From an uncultured Bacilli bacterium (GTDB lineage Bacteria; Bacillota_I; Bacilli_A; RF39; UBA660): a stretch of 64,000 nucleotides of DNA. The DNA lies in NCBI GenBank assembly GCA_934154785.1, contig CAKPGL010000002.1:75805-139804 (forward strand), written 5' to 3'. A model generated the notes under the pieces. It was not told where the DNA came from. It ran no database searches and saw nothing but the letters and a program-made list of their open reading frames with translations. Position numbers and translations under genes: made by a program. Below, piece by piece: positions 18,989 to 28,849 of this stretch (positions within the stretch are counted from its first letter, which is position 1; every line of letters begins with the position of its first letter).

Positions 18989-20698
18989 ATGTTTAAGGTG
19001 ATTTACTTGGAAAAATTAGATTCTATTTTTGAATATTATCAAGGTACTAAAGCATATTCCTTATTTTTATTAAACCAATTTGGCGATAATCAAAATGGCA
19101 CTTATATATTAGATAAAAACAACTACAATGCTGCTAGAGTAGCCTTTATTTCTATAATATTACTTGATATTAAAGAAGATATATTAGAAGACTTAGGAAA
19201 TTCTAATTTTAAATCTAATATATTTAATGATGAACTTATCAAATCAGTTAATTTACTTGCTACTAAAGATGGTGATAACTACGTAATAAACAATTACAGA
19301 TTTAAAGATGCTCCTACTTTAGTAGCGGTTCTTAGAAATAAACTTGCACATGGGAATTTTACTTTAGATACTGAACATTCTAGAGTTATAATTGATATAA
19401 ATGGACAAAACGTTATTCTTAATATAGATAAACTTGCCTTATTTGTTGCTTCATCTTTAAAAAACACTTATTTAAAAATGAAAAAAGGTAATTATACTAA
19501 AAATATTTTAATATCAAACAAAATATATGCTAATAGAAAATTACCTCTTTCTAAAGAAAAACTGATAGAGTTAATTACTACCTTTAATAAAATTAGTTTT
19601 ACTTTAGAAAATAAAGTAGGTGGTGATATACCTAAATATATTTTAGAGGAAGCTGATGCCTCAATTTATGCTTATAATAAAACTGGAGATATAAAATATA
19701 TAAATCATTTTAATAATAGTTATGAAGATTATAAATTAAACTCTACTAGAGAAAAAATAAAATATGATAAACAAAGTTTTGATTATATTGTGGATAATGT
19801 ATTGAAACAAACAGAAAAAAATAATTTATCTTATGATGCACAAGTAGAAGTATTAAAGCCTTTACTTGATAAGAAATTTTTAAAAAAGGAAAAAATCGAT
19901 GAAAGAATGGGTGCATTTAAAAATTTAATTTTATTAGATGCAGCTTATAAAATAAATAGTATTGATCAGAATAAAATAGGTAAATATATATCTACATATT
20001 ATACACCTGATACTTATTTTAGTATTAATAACGATTCTTTAGCGGCTTCCGCTTTAGCGATGTTTCAGGCTCTATTTTCATATTCTAATGATGATTTATA
20101 TAATGATGGTTTAGAATATGAAAATAATTATAATAGTGGTTTAGATTATTCCAAATTAGATTTATCAAAAATAAAAATTAGTTATATAGAACCTGATAAT
20201 AAAATTATAAGTATTCTAAATGAAAAGAAAGTAGCTAGAGAAAAAGGTATATTAGAATTACAAGGTTCTATAAATAAAAAAATGACAAATTTAAATAATG
20301 TTAAAGCAAAGGGTAATATTACCGCTATTGAAAATATAGAAAAATCTTTAATTGAGAGTAACGAAAATTTATCAAATCTTCAAAATGACTTAAATAATAT
20401 AAATCAAAAAATAAGTAATATTACAACGTATCAACTTAATAATAAATTACATTTAACAAATAAGGCTATAATTACTTGTATAAGAAATTCTATTGCTCAC
20501 GGCCATTATAAATTTGTATATTCTAATGATTACAGTGATGTTAAAATAGTTTTTAATGATATATACGAAGGTAAAATAACATTTAGTGCTGAAGTAAATA
20601 TAATTGATTTTATAGAATTGTTGTATGAAAATGATCATGTAATTATAGATTTTGTTGAAAATAATATAGAAAGAACTAGACAAGGTAAATCTATCTAG
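18989..20698 (+). CDS. Protein of unknown function with two HEPN-like Rx4HG motifs (LRNKLAHGNF, IRNSIAHGHYKF) flanking a coiled-coil segment; predicted RNase.
   Basis: Two R-N-x-x-A-H-G motifs at residues ~115 and ~510. Heptad-like N/L/I/K-rich segment at ~400-480. The start is uncertain: ATG 18989 or the TTG after the SD AAGGTGA. Confidence 0.45.
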   Translation: MFKVIYLEKLDSIFEYYQGTKAYSLFLLNQFGDNQNGTYILDKNNYNAARVAFISIILLDIKEDILEDLGNSNFKSNIFNDELIKSVNLLATKDGDNYVINNYRFKDAPTLVAVLRNKLAHGNFTLDTEHSRVIIDINGQNVILNIDKLALFVASSLKNTYLKMKKGNYTKNILISNKIYANRKLPLSKEKLIELITTFNKISFTLENKVGGDIPKYILEEADASIYAYNKTGDIKYINHFNNSYEDYKLNSTREKIKYDKQSFDYIVDNVLKQTEKNNLSYDAQVEVLKPLLDKKFLKKEKIDERMGAFKNLILLDAAYKINSIDQNKIGKYISTYYTPDTYFSINNDSLAASALAMFQALFSYSNDDLYNDGLEYENNYNSGLDYSKLDLSKIKISYIEPDNKIISILNEKKVAREKGILELQGSINKKMTNLNNVKAKGNITAIENIEKSLIESNENLSNLQNDLNNINQKISNITTYQLNNKLHLTNKAIITCIRNSIAHGHYKFVYSNDYSDVKIVFNDIYEGKITFSAEVNIIDFIELLYENDHVIIDFVENNIERTRQGKSI

Positions 20699-20723
20699 AC
20701 TAAAATTCAGGGGGGATATAAAA

Positions 20724-21719
20724 ATGGAAGGGACTAATAATTTATTTTCACAATTTAGTGAATTAGACAAAAAAGAATTAATTTCTTTTTTAGATAATTT
20801 TTATTTACATTATCGTAATAATTTGAATTTTAATGATACTACTTTAACTTTTGGTATTGAAATAGAATTTGAAAAAATTTTATTAGAGGAAGTAGAGCAA
20901 TTATTAATAAATAGTAATTTAAAAAACTGGTTAACCAAAAAAGAACGTTCTATAATTACGGGTGGTGAAATAAATAGTACTATATTAAATGATAATCAAA
21001 CAAATTGGTTAGGAATTAAAAAAGTTTGTTCTATTTTAAAAGAAAACAACGCTAAAATCAGTGAAAATTGTGGTGGACATGTACATTTTGGTAGTAATAT
21101 TTTAGGTGATAATTATAATAGCTGGCTAACATTTATAAAATGTATTATTGCTTTTGAAAAAGTTTTATTTAGATTTGGTTATGGTGAAGAAGTAAAAGAA
21201 AGACATTCTGTTAGAAAATTTGCTTATCCTGTTTCTTATTTATTAAAAGAAATACTTTATTCTGAAAATATAGACTTTAATAATATAAATACTGAAAAAC
21301 TATTAGATATTATAAAAGATAGAACTAGTAAAAGAAGTTCTGTTAGTTTTCAAAAAATTTGTATTAAAAATTTAGATAATATAAAAAATAATACAATAGA
21401 ATTTAGATTTCCTAATGGTACAATAGAAGAAATTATTTGGCAGAACAATATAAATACTTTAGGTAAACTTTTATTAGCGGTTAAAAATGATAAAATAGAT
21501 ATTGATGTTATTGATTTTTTACTTAAAAATATTCAAAAAGAAAGTAACATTAATATTTTACTAATGGACTATGGTTCTATTCATTTAAATACAGCTTTGT
21601 TATTTTGTGATATGATTTTTGATAATGATTTAGATAAATTATATTTTCTTCGTCAGTATATAAAAAATTCTTATAAAGATACTTATCAAGAACGTCAAAA
21701 AAAATTTATTATTAATTAA
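20724..21719 (+). CDS. Glutamine-synthetase-fold carboxylate-amine ligase (amidoligase)-like protein.
   Basis: N-terminal GxExEF-type strand (TFGIEIEFE) and metal-binding CGGHVHFGS, reminiscent of GS GSGMHxHxS and the Amidoligase_2/GCS2 families. Confidence 0.4.
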   Translation: MEGTNNLFSQFSELDKKELISFLDNFYLHYRNNLNFNDTTLTFGIEIEFEKILLEEVEQLLINSNLKNWLTKKERSIITGGEINSTILNDNQTNWLGIKKVCSILKENNAKISENCGGHVHFGSNILGDNYNSWLTFIKCIIAFEKVLFRFGYGEEVKERHSVRKFAYPVSYLLKEILYSENIDFNNINTEKLLDIIKDRTSKRSSVSFQKICIKNLDNIKNNTIEFRFPNGTIEEIIWQNNINTLGKLLLAVKNDKIDIDVIDFLLKNIQKESNINILLMDYGSIHLNTALLFCDMIFDNDLDKLYFLRQYIKNSYKDTYQERQKKFIIN

Positions 21720-21769
21720 AATGTAAGAATTATTTATTTATAGTATTCCATACTAATTATGGTGATAGT

Positions 21770-22204
21770 ATGAAGTATGTATTAAATATAATGATTCTTT
21801 TTATTTGTGTTTTTTTACTTTTAATTATAGATAATGATTATATAAGTGTTCCAGTTGTATCATTAGATAGTGATTATTATCAAATGTATGATATATATGC
21901 TGATAACTTAACTACTAAAAACTTTACTAAATACTTTAGTGATACATCTAATTTTATTGCGGTATATCCTGATATAAATTTAATTTATAAAGAAAAACTA
22001 GGTAATATATATTTTGAGTGTAAAAATAAATTTAACTTAGATGCTTTTATTTCTTATTATAAAAAAGTACTTGAAAAAAATAATTATAAAAATGATTTAG
22101 TAAATATTGATTATTATGGCGTTTCTATAAAAAAGATTATGGTATACGCTAATAAAGAAGAATTAGCACAAATTTTAAATAATTGTACAATTTGTTTTAT
22201 TTAA
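21770..22204 (+). CDS. Small protein with an N-terminal signal/TM helix; unknown.
   Basis: The ORF has SD TGGTGA; N-terminus MKYVLNIMILFICVFLLLII. Confidence 0.4.
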   Translation: MKYVLNIMILFICVFLLLIIDNDYISVPVVSLDSDYYQMYDIYADNLTTKNFTKYFSDTSNFIAVYPDINLIYKEKLGNIYFECKNKFNLDAFISYYKKVLEKNNYKNDLVNIDYYGVSIKKIMVYANKEELAQILNNCTICFI

Positions 22205-22246
22205 ACCTAGCTAGTATGTTATAATTACTATGTCAGGGGTGATTTA

Positions 22247-23086
22247 ATGATCTGTTATGGTATTAATGATATGTATCGTAAAGAAATATATAAATGTGAT
22301 GAAAAACAAATTTTATTATTTTTTGATGAACTAGATAGTGCCACTAAAAATATTTATTTACGTATAATGGTAACAGATGGTTTACAGGTTTTAGAAAGAA
22401 GAAGACAATATAATGAAAGTGATCAATATTCAAAAAGGTTATATAAAATTCTAAGTAATTCTGACTTTGAGCATATTAAGTCTGTTTTAGAAGATAACTA
22501 TATTTTATTTCAAGTATTATTTGTAAATGCTAAAGGATTTTATAAAATGCCTATCGTAGATAGATGTCTTTTAGTTGGAGAAAGAGAAAATAAAATCCTA
22601 AATTATAAATTACTATCTTTAAACCCTTTTTATCTAGTAGATGTTTGTGTATACACTATTCAAAAAGATATTGATAGTATTTACTACTATTATAATGATT
22701 ATCAAAATAAGTTAGGTAGTAAACAGCTTAAAAGTTTTTATCAGTTGGTCTTAGTAATGATGGAAAAACTAAAAGAGGAGAATACTAATTTATATAATAA
22801 AAACTTTTTAGAATTTTTAAAAAATTTTTATGTTGGAAATAAATTTTTACAATCTATAGATGAAATTTCTTCTTTAGAAACAAAACTTTATCATGATATG
22901 CTAGAAAAAGAGGAATTAGATTATGTAATAAGTCTTCTTGAAAGTACACCAGAAGATCTTATGAAAGTATTAGCGATTTCTTTTGCGTATCACTCAGATA
23001 TGGCTGGCACTAAAGAGGAGAAAAACTTTATAAATGAGAATGTTAATTCTGATATGATAAAAAAATTACAACTTAATAATAATTAA
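22247..23086 (+). CDS. Hypothetical alpha-helical protein (279 aa).
   Basis: The ORF has a strong SD AGGGGTGA and a -10-like TATAAT upstream. No motif recognised. Confidence 0.4.
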   Translation: MICYGINDMYRKEIYKCDEKQILLFFDELDSATKNIYLRIMVTDGLQVLERRRQYNESDQYSKRLYKILSNSDFEHIKSVLEDNYILFQVLFVNAKGFYKMPIVDRCLLVGERENKILNYKLLSLNPFYLVDVCVYTIQKDIDSIYYYYNDYQNKLGSKQLKSFYQLVLVMMEKLKEENTNLYNKNFLEFLKNFYVGNKFLQSIDEISSLETKLYHDMLEKEELDYVISLLESTPEDLMKVLAISFAYHSDMAGTKEEKNFINENVNSDMIKKLQLNNN

Positions 23087-23191
23087 AGAACTATTAGGAA
23101 ATTAACGAATATTTTCTTAATAGTTTTTTTAATAATGATTTGCTTTTTTTAAAATAATATTATAAAATATCCCTTGTTTTGGGGGATGATT

Positions 23192-26100
23192 ATGAAATCT
23201 ATCAGTGAGTTTGATTTAAAGGTTTTAGGTAACACTTTTATTCCAGATATTTTTAAAATTAAGATTATTAATAAACTTAGTATTGAAGACATTATATTTC
23301 ATCAAAAAAAATTTTGTCCTAATCTTGGATTGTTAGATGGGAATTATCTATTAAAATTAGGATTAAAATATCGTAAAAGAGAAATTCTTGAATATTTTAA
23401 GTCCTTTGATGTAGATGATACGGTAAATTTTTCTGTTTTAAAAAGTATACTTATAATAGATGAACATTTAAATAATTATATAATAAAGGTACTTGACATT
23501 TCTGTTATTGATAAACTTATTTCCGGTAATATAAATAGTGATGAAACTTTTAAAAGAATATGTAGGTTACGTAAGAATGATGTTTATGCATTAATTAATA
23601 CCGCTATTAAAGATAATAGATATCAAGATTATGTTAGTTATTGTACACCAGATAGATTAAAGGAGTATATTATAAAAAAAGTTGATATTAACTATCTAAT
23701 ATTGGATTTGACATCCACTAATTCTACTTTAACCAAAACTATTTTAAAGTATAGAAAAAAAGATATTGTTGAATATGTTAATTTAAACTCCAATAACATT
23801 CCTGAGTTAGAAAATTTGTTAAAAATGGATTTGCCTAAAGAAGTTTATAAAATGCTATTAGAGAAATTTCCTATTGATAATAGAATGATTTCTTATATAT
23901 TTTTACATTGTTCTACTGATTTAAAAGATTTATTATTTTTACTTTATCCAGATAAAGTATATGCTTGGGTGGATGAATTTCTAATTGGTGATAAACACTT
24001 TGATATAATTCAACTTAGATATAATAAATTAACATCTTATATTGTAAATAAGCTAAACCTTGAACAATTAGATGATGTAATAAAAGGTAATTTAACGATT
24101 TATTATAGTGACTTTATTAATGAATTATTTAAAGTTAGAAAAGAAGATATCATTAGTATAATAACAGAAAATGTTTCTTTAGATAATTCAAAAATAATAG
24201 ATTATTTATCTTTAAAACTACCTGAAAATATATTAAAGTCTATTATGTACTGCATTGATGTTAATGAAAACATATTAAATATAATTTTAAAAAATGGTAA
24301 TTCTAGTGTTATAGAAAATGTATTTAAAATATATAAAAATGAATTATTACTTATAATTAATAAAAATTCTAAAACTGATAGAATAGCATTCTTAGATAAG
24401 TATTTAAGACAATATGCTTATCCAATAACTTTACAAATAGAATTATTGAAAGACTTAACCGATGAAGAGATAATTTATATTATGTCACAAGGCGTTTTTG
24501 GATATGCGTTAAAGGATAAAATATATGAATTATATAAAGATAGAATTAATAAGATATACAGTAATTTATTATTAAGTGATATAGAAAAAGCAACTACAAT
24601 TTTTAAAAATTCCGCTATAACTGATTTTAGATCGGATATAATTAATAATTATGATTTTAAATACTTACGTTATTTTTTAGATGAAATGAATGAAACGGAA
24701 AAAGAAAAACTATATAAAAAATTCCCTAGGGAACTTAAAGAAATGCTAAGAGCTGAATATTCTAATGATTTATTAGAATTTATAAAAAGAAGGGTTTTAG
24801 ACTGCAATAGTGTAGTTTTAACTTTAAGCCTGAAGTTACTTACTTATGATGATATTATTTTTGCTTTAAAAAATAATATTGATTTTAAATATTACTATAA
24901 TGAAAAATTAAATAAATTAATGGAATCAGCTATAAAAAGTAAAGCTAATGATATAAAGAATTCTCCTTATGATGAATGTTTAATCTTTTTGAAGTCTCTA
25001 AGAGAAAAATTTGATGATTTATTTATTGTCTTTTTAAATAGCATAGAACTTGATGATGATTTCTTACATAAATTATTTATTGAAAGAGGTCTATCTGATA
25101 AACAAAAAGATATTTTATTTAAGATGAAAAGCAATGATATTTTAAGAATTGTTAAAAATAAATTATTAAATGATGAAGTAGATCCTATTGAATATATTCA
25201 AAAGGGTACCCCAGATGATGTGCTAGAACTTGCACTATCTTATATTGAAAAAGATAGAGTAATAAGTTTATTAAATGATCCCAATTTTATTAACAGAAAA
25301 AGTATTGGAAAAAGCTTTGCCTTAAAATTAGCCATAATAGTAAATGTTAATAAAGAGAATGTTCAAGAAGTAGAAAATCTTGTCAAATATTATTCTAAAG
25401 ATATATATGAATTTATTAATAATTATGAAAAAATATATTCTTTTTTAAAACTTAGTAGTATAGATGTTTCAAAGTTTTGGCAATATTCCTTAAATACAAG
25501 TTATAACTTTATAAGCGATATAGTTAAAATATACGAAGATGATTTAGATATGTTTTTACGTGTTAAGGATATATTATTTACATATGTTTATGATGATAAC
25601 AATAAATATTCTTATCAAAGTTTTGTAAATATTATAAAGAATTATAGTAGATATAAAAAACTATGTATATCACTTACTGAAGTAGAAAATTTAGGCGCAA
25701 TTAACTTTAATAATATTAAATTATTATTTAATCAAGATAAACTTATACCAAATATAAATATGTATAATGACTGTGGTAACATTATTAATGTGATAAAGGA
25801 TGAATATATGACAATGTTAAAAAAATGTTCATCAATTGATGAATATAAAGATACTTTATTACAACTATTATTTAATCACAATATTAAATCAGTTGAAGAA
25901 ATGCTTAATAATTATGGTAAAGTTAGTGATTTATTACAACTTAAATATTATAATTTACATAATAAAGAAGTATTAGATAAGATAGACTGTGTTATACCTT
26001 ATACTGAATTAATGGAAGAAATATTATATTGTGATGATATTAATGCTTTAAAAAGAACAATTGATGATACTATTAATAATATAAATTCTATTTTAGTAGA

Positions 26101-27487
26101 TTTTAATTATACTAATTACGATGATTTGATGCGCGAATTATACGCTATAGAAATGGATATGAACTTATCTAAGGTTGGTTATAATGTTGATGTAGATAGT
26201 GTAAAATTAGAAGAAAAATCTAAATTATATGGAGTAGATATATATGATTTTAGAGATAAGCAATATGCTTTATTAGCACATGTATTAAGTGATTCAGAAA
26301 ATATAGATGATTTAATACAGGGTAATTCTAGTGGAACATTTAATTTCATATCACTTTCCGCAATAAGTTATAGAATGCAATCATATTATTATGGTGCTAA
26401 AAATATGATATTTGGTTATGATGAAATGCCTAATTCTAATTTTGTTTGTAGTTCCGATAGCAACATGGGAACAAATTATTCAATAACAAAAAATTCAATT
26501 GAGATGACCCCTATTAATAGAAAACAAAGAGGCTTATTAGAAGTTAGTGATACTGATAGTAATTCTGAAATATTATCTTTAAGAGAAGGTATGAAACCTA
26601 AGTATATTATTTGTCCTGGTAGACTACCTTCTTCAGAGGAACTTAGATGTGCTTTAAAATATAATTTAAAAATTGTTTTAACTCAAGAAATTAATGAAAC
26701 TATTCTTTCTCCTAAACCAATTAATAAACTAGTAGAACCTAAACCTAAAGTATCAAAGGAATATTTAATAGAGTTTAGAAATAAAGTAATTAAAACTGGT
26801 AATAAAAATAAGGTAGCGGTTATAACAGATGCTCATGGTATATTAGAACCTACTTTAGCGGTACTGGAAGATATACGTAAAAAAGGAATAACTAAAATAT
26901 ATTCCTTAGGAGATAATATAGGTACTGGTTCTAATCCTAGTGAAGTGTTAGATATATTAAACCACTATGGAGTAAAAAGTATTAAAGGCAATCATGAATT
27001 GTATCTAATAGATGGGGTAGATGAGTATAAAAAGCATTTAATTGAAACTGGTGCGTATGAAGAGGAAACAATTAACACAAGTTGGACGCGTGACAATTTA
27101 ACAGCAGAACAAGTAGTAGATATATCTAAATATGATAATTATGTAGAATTAGATGTTGCGGGCAACAAGGTATTATTATGCCATTACTTATATGACTATA
27201 ATGAAAACAAACCATTATATGATATAACTAAATATGATTTAGTTATTCAAGGTCATAAACATTTTCAAGCACAATCTGGAAAAATTGTAACATTAAAAGC
27301 AATAGGTATTGGTAATAAAAGTAATGATGATATAGGTAACGCTACTTATATGATTATTGATTTAAATGATAAAGAACATCCATATGAAATAATAAATGTT
27401 CCTTATGCCTATAAAAACTCTATTAATGATGAAAATGTTTCTTCTAATAATTGTAAACAAAAAATAATGAATTGGATTGGTAAATAA
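23192..27487 (+). CDS. Giant (1432 aa) protein: ~1150-aa N/K/I-rich alpha-helical N-terminal region plus a C-terminal calcineurin-like metallophosphoesterase domain.
   Basis: The C-terminal ~260 aa carry an intact MPP motif set: ITDAHG (DxH), LGDNIGTG (GDxxxxG), GNHE, and GHKH. No Walker A anywhere. The start was moved to the ATG 8 nt after the SD GGGGGA. Confidence 0.6.
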   Translation: MKSISEFDLKVLGNTFIPDIFKIKIINKLSIEDIIFHQKKFCPNLGLLDGNYLLKLGLKYRKREILEYFKSFDVDDTVNFSVLKSILIIDEHLNNYIIKVLDISVIDKLISGNINSDETFKRICRLRKNDVYALINTAIKDNRYQDYVSYCTPDRLKEYIIKKVDINYLILDLTSTNSTLTKTILKYRKKDIVEYVNLNSNNIPELENLLKMDLPKEVYKMLLEKFPIDNRMISYIFLHCSTDLKDLLFLLYPDKVYAWVDEFLIGDKHFDIIQLRYNKLTSYIVNKLNLEQLDDVIKGNLTIYYSDFINELFKVRKEDIISIITENVSLDNSKIIDYLSLKLPENILKSIMYCIDVNENILNIILKNGNSSVIENVFKIYKNELLLIINKNSKTDRIAFLDKYLRQYAYPITLQIELLKDLTDEEIIYIMSQGVFGYALKDKIYELYKDRINKIYSNLLLSDIEKATTIFKNSAITDFRSDIINNYDFKYLRYFLDEMNETEKEKLYKKFPRELKEMLRAEYSNDLLEFIKRRVLDCNSVVLTLSLKLLTYDDIIFALKNNIDFKYYYNEKLNKLMESAIKSKANDIKNSPYDECLIFLKSLREKFDDLFIVFLNSIELDDDFLHKLFIERGLSDKQKDILFKMKSNDILRIVKNKLLNDEVDPIEYIQKGTPDDVLELALSYIEKDRVISLLNDPNFINRKSIGKSFALKLAIIVNVNKENVQEVENLVKYYSKDIYEFINNYEKIYSFLKLSSIDVSKFWQYSLNTSYNFISDIVKIYEDDLDMFLRVKDILFTYVYDDNNKYSYQSFVNIIKNYSRYKKLCISLTEVENLGAINFNNIKLLFNQDKLIPNINMYNDCGNIINVIKDEYMTMLKKCSSIDEYKDTLLQLLFNHNIKSVEEMLNNYGKVSDLLQLKYYNLHNKEVLDKIDCVIPYTELMEEILYCDDINALKRTIDDTINNINSILVDFNYTNYDDLMRELYAIEMDMNLSKVGYNVDVDSVKLEEKSKLYGVDIYDFRDKQYALLAHVLSDSENIDDLIQGNSSGTFNFISLSAISYRMQSYYYGAKNMIFGYDEMPNSNFVCSSDSNMGTNYSITKNSIEMTPINRKQRGLLEVSDTDSNSEILSLREGMKPKYIICPGRLPSSEELRCALKYNLKIVLTQEINETILSPKPINKLVEPKPKVSKEYLIEFRNKVIKTGNKNKVAVITDAHGILEPTLAVLEDIRKKGITKIYSLGDNIGTGSNPSEVLDILNHYGVKSIKGNHELYLIDGVDEYKKHLIETGAYEEETINTSWTRDNLTAEQVVDISKYDNYVELDVAGNKVLLCHYLYDYNENKPLYDITKYDLVIQGHKHFQAQSGKIVTLKAIGIGNKSNDDIGNATYMIIDLNDKEHPYEIINVPYAYKNSINDENVSSNNCKQKIMNWIGK

Positions 27488-27494
27488 TATATAA

Positions 27495-27540
27495 AAAGAA
27501 TCTACCAAGAATTAATCATTTAATTCCTGACAGATTCTTT
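27495..27540. terminator. Bidirectional nested hairpin (AAAGAATCT...AGATTCTTT enclosing GAATTAAT-cat-TTAATTC) between the convergent giant gene and the HIT gene.
   Basis: Inverted repeats read directly from the sequence. It overlaps the HIT stop codon. Confidence 0.45.
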
Positions 27541-27897
27541 TAGTATGTTATAAATGTCTTCTACTTTTTTAATTTCTTGTTTATCTTTATAAAATGGTTT
27601 TAAATGTAAATGAAAGTGTTTTACTTCTTGAATACAACCATTATTTTGAATTAAGGTTAAACCATCTATATGAAGTTTATCTTCAAGTAGTTTTTTCATT
27701 TTTTGTGCTATTTTAAATATGTGGTTCATAGTTGCTTCATCCATATCACTTAAATTTACAATGTGTTTTTTAGGTATAATTAATGTATGACCATTTGTAT
27801 CAGGGTTAATATCTAAAAATACTTTTACGATATCATCTTCATAAATAGTATAAGAAGGAATACTTCCAGAAATAATTTTACAAAAAATACAATCCAT
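27520..27897 (-). CDS. HIT-family (histidine triad) nucleotide hydrolase.
   Basis: Histidine-triad motif HFHLHL and the N-terminal CIFCKI motif. Confidence 0.8.
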   Translation of the reverse strand: MDCIFCKIISGSIPSYTIYEDDIVKVFLDINPDTNGHTLIIPKKHIVNLSDMDEATMNHIFKIAQKMKKLLEDKLHIDGLTLIQNNGCIQEVKHFHLHLKPFYKDKQEIKKVEDIYNILKESVRN

Positions 27898-28063
27898 AAT
27901 TTCACTCTCCTAATAAAATTATAACGAAAAAATGTAAAATCTTCAAGAAGAGATTTTACATTTTAGTGAATACTGCGAATATTCAATAATATTATTACAG
28001 TTTTAGAAAATTTTATACAAAAATTATATATTTTATTGTATAATATAAAACGGAGATGATTAT

Positions 28064-28849
28064 ATGCACACATTAAAAATATCAAATTTAAGTGTTGAAA
28101 TAGATAATAAAACAATACTAAAAGATTTTAACTTAGAAATAAAAAGTGGAGAGATACATGCTATAATGGGACCAAATGGTACTGGTAAGTCAACATTATC
28201 TAAAGTAATAATGGGTGATACTTCTTACAAAGTAACTAATGGTGACATTACTTTTGATGGCACTAGTATTAACAATTTAAATGTTTGTGAAAGAGCTAAC
28301 TTAGGAATTTTCTTGGGAATGCAAATGCCACCAGAAATAGAAGGCGTAAGTAATGCTGACTTTTTAAGAACAGCATTACACAATAAACAAAAAGATAATT
28401 TCAAATTATATGACTTTATAAAGAAAATTGATGCATCTGTTGAAAATTTAAAAATGAATAAAGATATGATTCATCGTGGAATAAATCAAGGCTTTTCCGG
28501 TGGTGAACGTAAGAAAAATGAAATTTTACAAATGTATATATTAGAGCCAACTTTTGTTTTATTAGATGAAATAGATTCTGGTTTAGATGTAGATAGTCTT
28601 AGAATAGTTGGTGAAAATGTTATGAATTATTATAATACTAATAATCCTGGCGTTTTACTAATTACACACTATCATAGATTACTTGACTATATTAAACCTA
28701 CTCACGTACATATTATGAAAGATGGACACTTAGTAAAAAGTGGTGGTTATGAACTTGTCGATTACGTTGAACAAAATGGGTATGATAAATTAGAAAAAAC
28801 TCCTATATCTAGTACTTGTGTTATGAAGGAAAATTTGAAACATGAATAA
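28064..28849 (+). CDS. sufC: Fe-S cluster assembly ATPase SufC.
   Basis: Walker A GPNGTGKST, ABC signature FSGGERKK, and a SufC-like N-terminus. Confidence 0.85.
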   Translation: MHTLKISNLSVEIDNKTILKDFNLEIKSGEIHAIMGPNGTGKSTLSKVIMGDTSYKVTNGDITFDGTSINNLNVCERANLGIFLGMQMPPEIEGVSNADFLRTALHNKQKDNFKLYDFIKKIDASVENLKMNKDMIHRGINQGFSGGERKKNEILQMYILEPTFVLLDEIDSGLDVDSLRIVGENVMNYYNTNNPGVLLITHYHRLLDYIKPTHVHIMKDGHLVKSGGYELVDYVEQNGYDKLEKTPISSTCVMKENLKHE

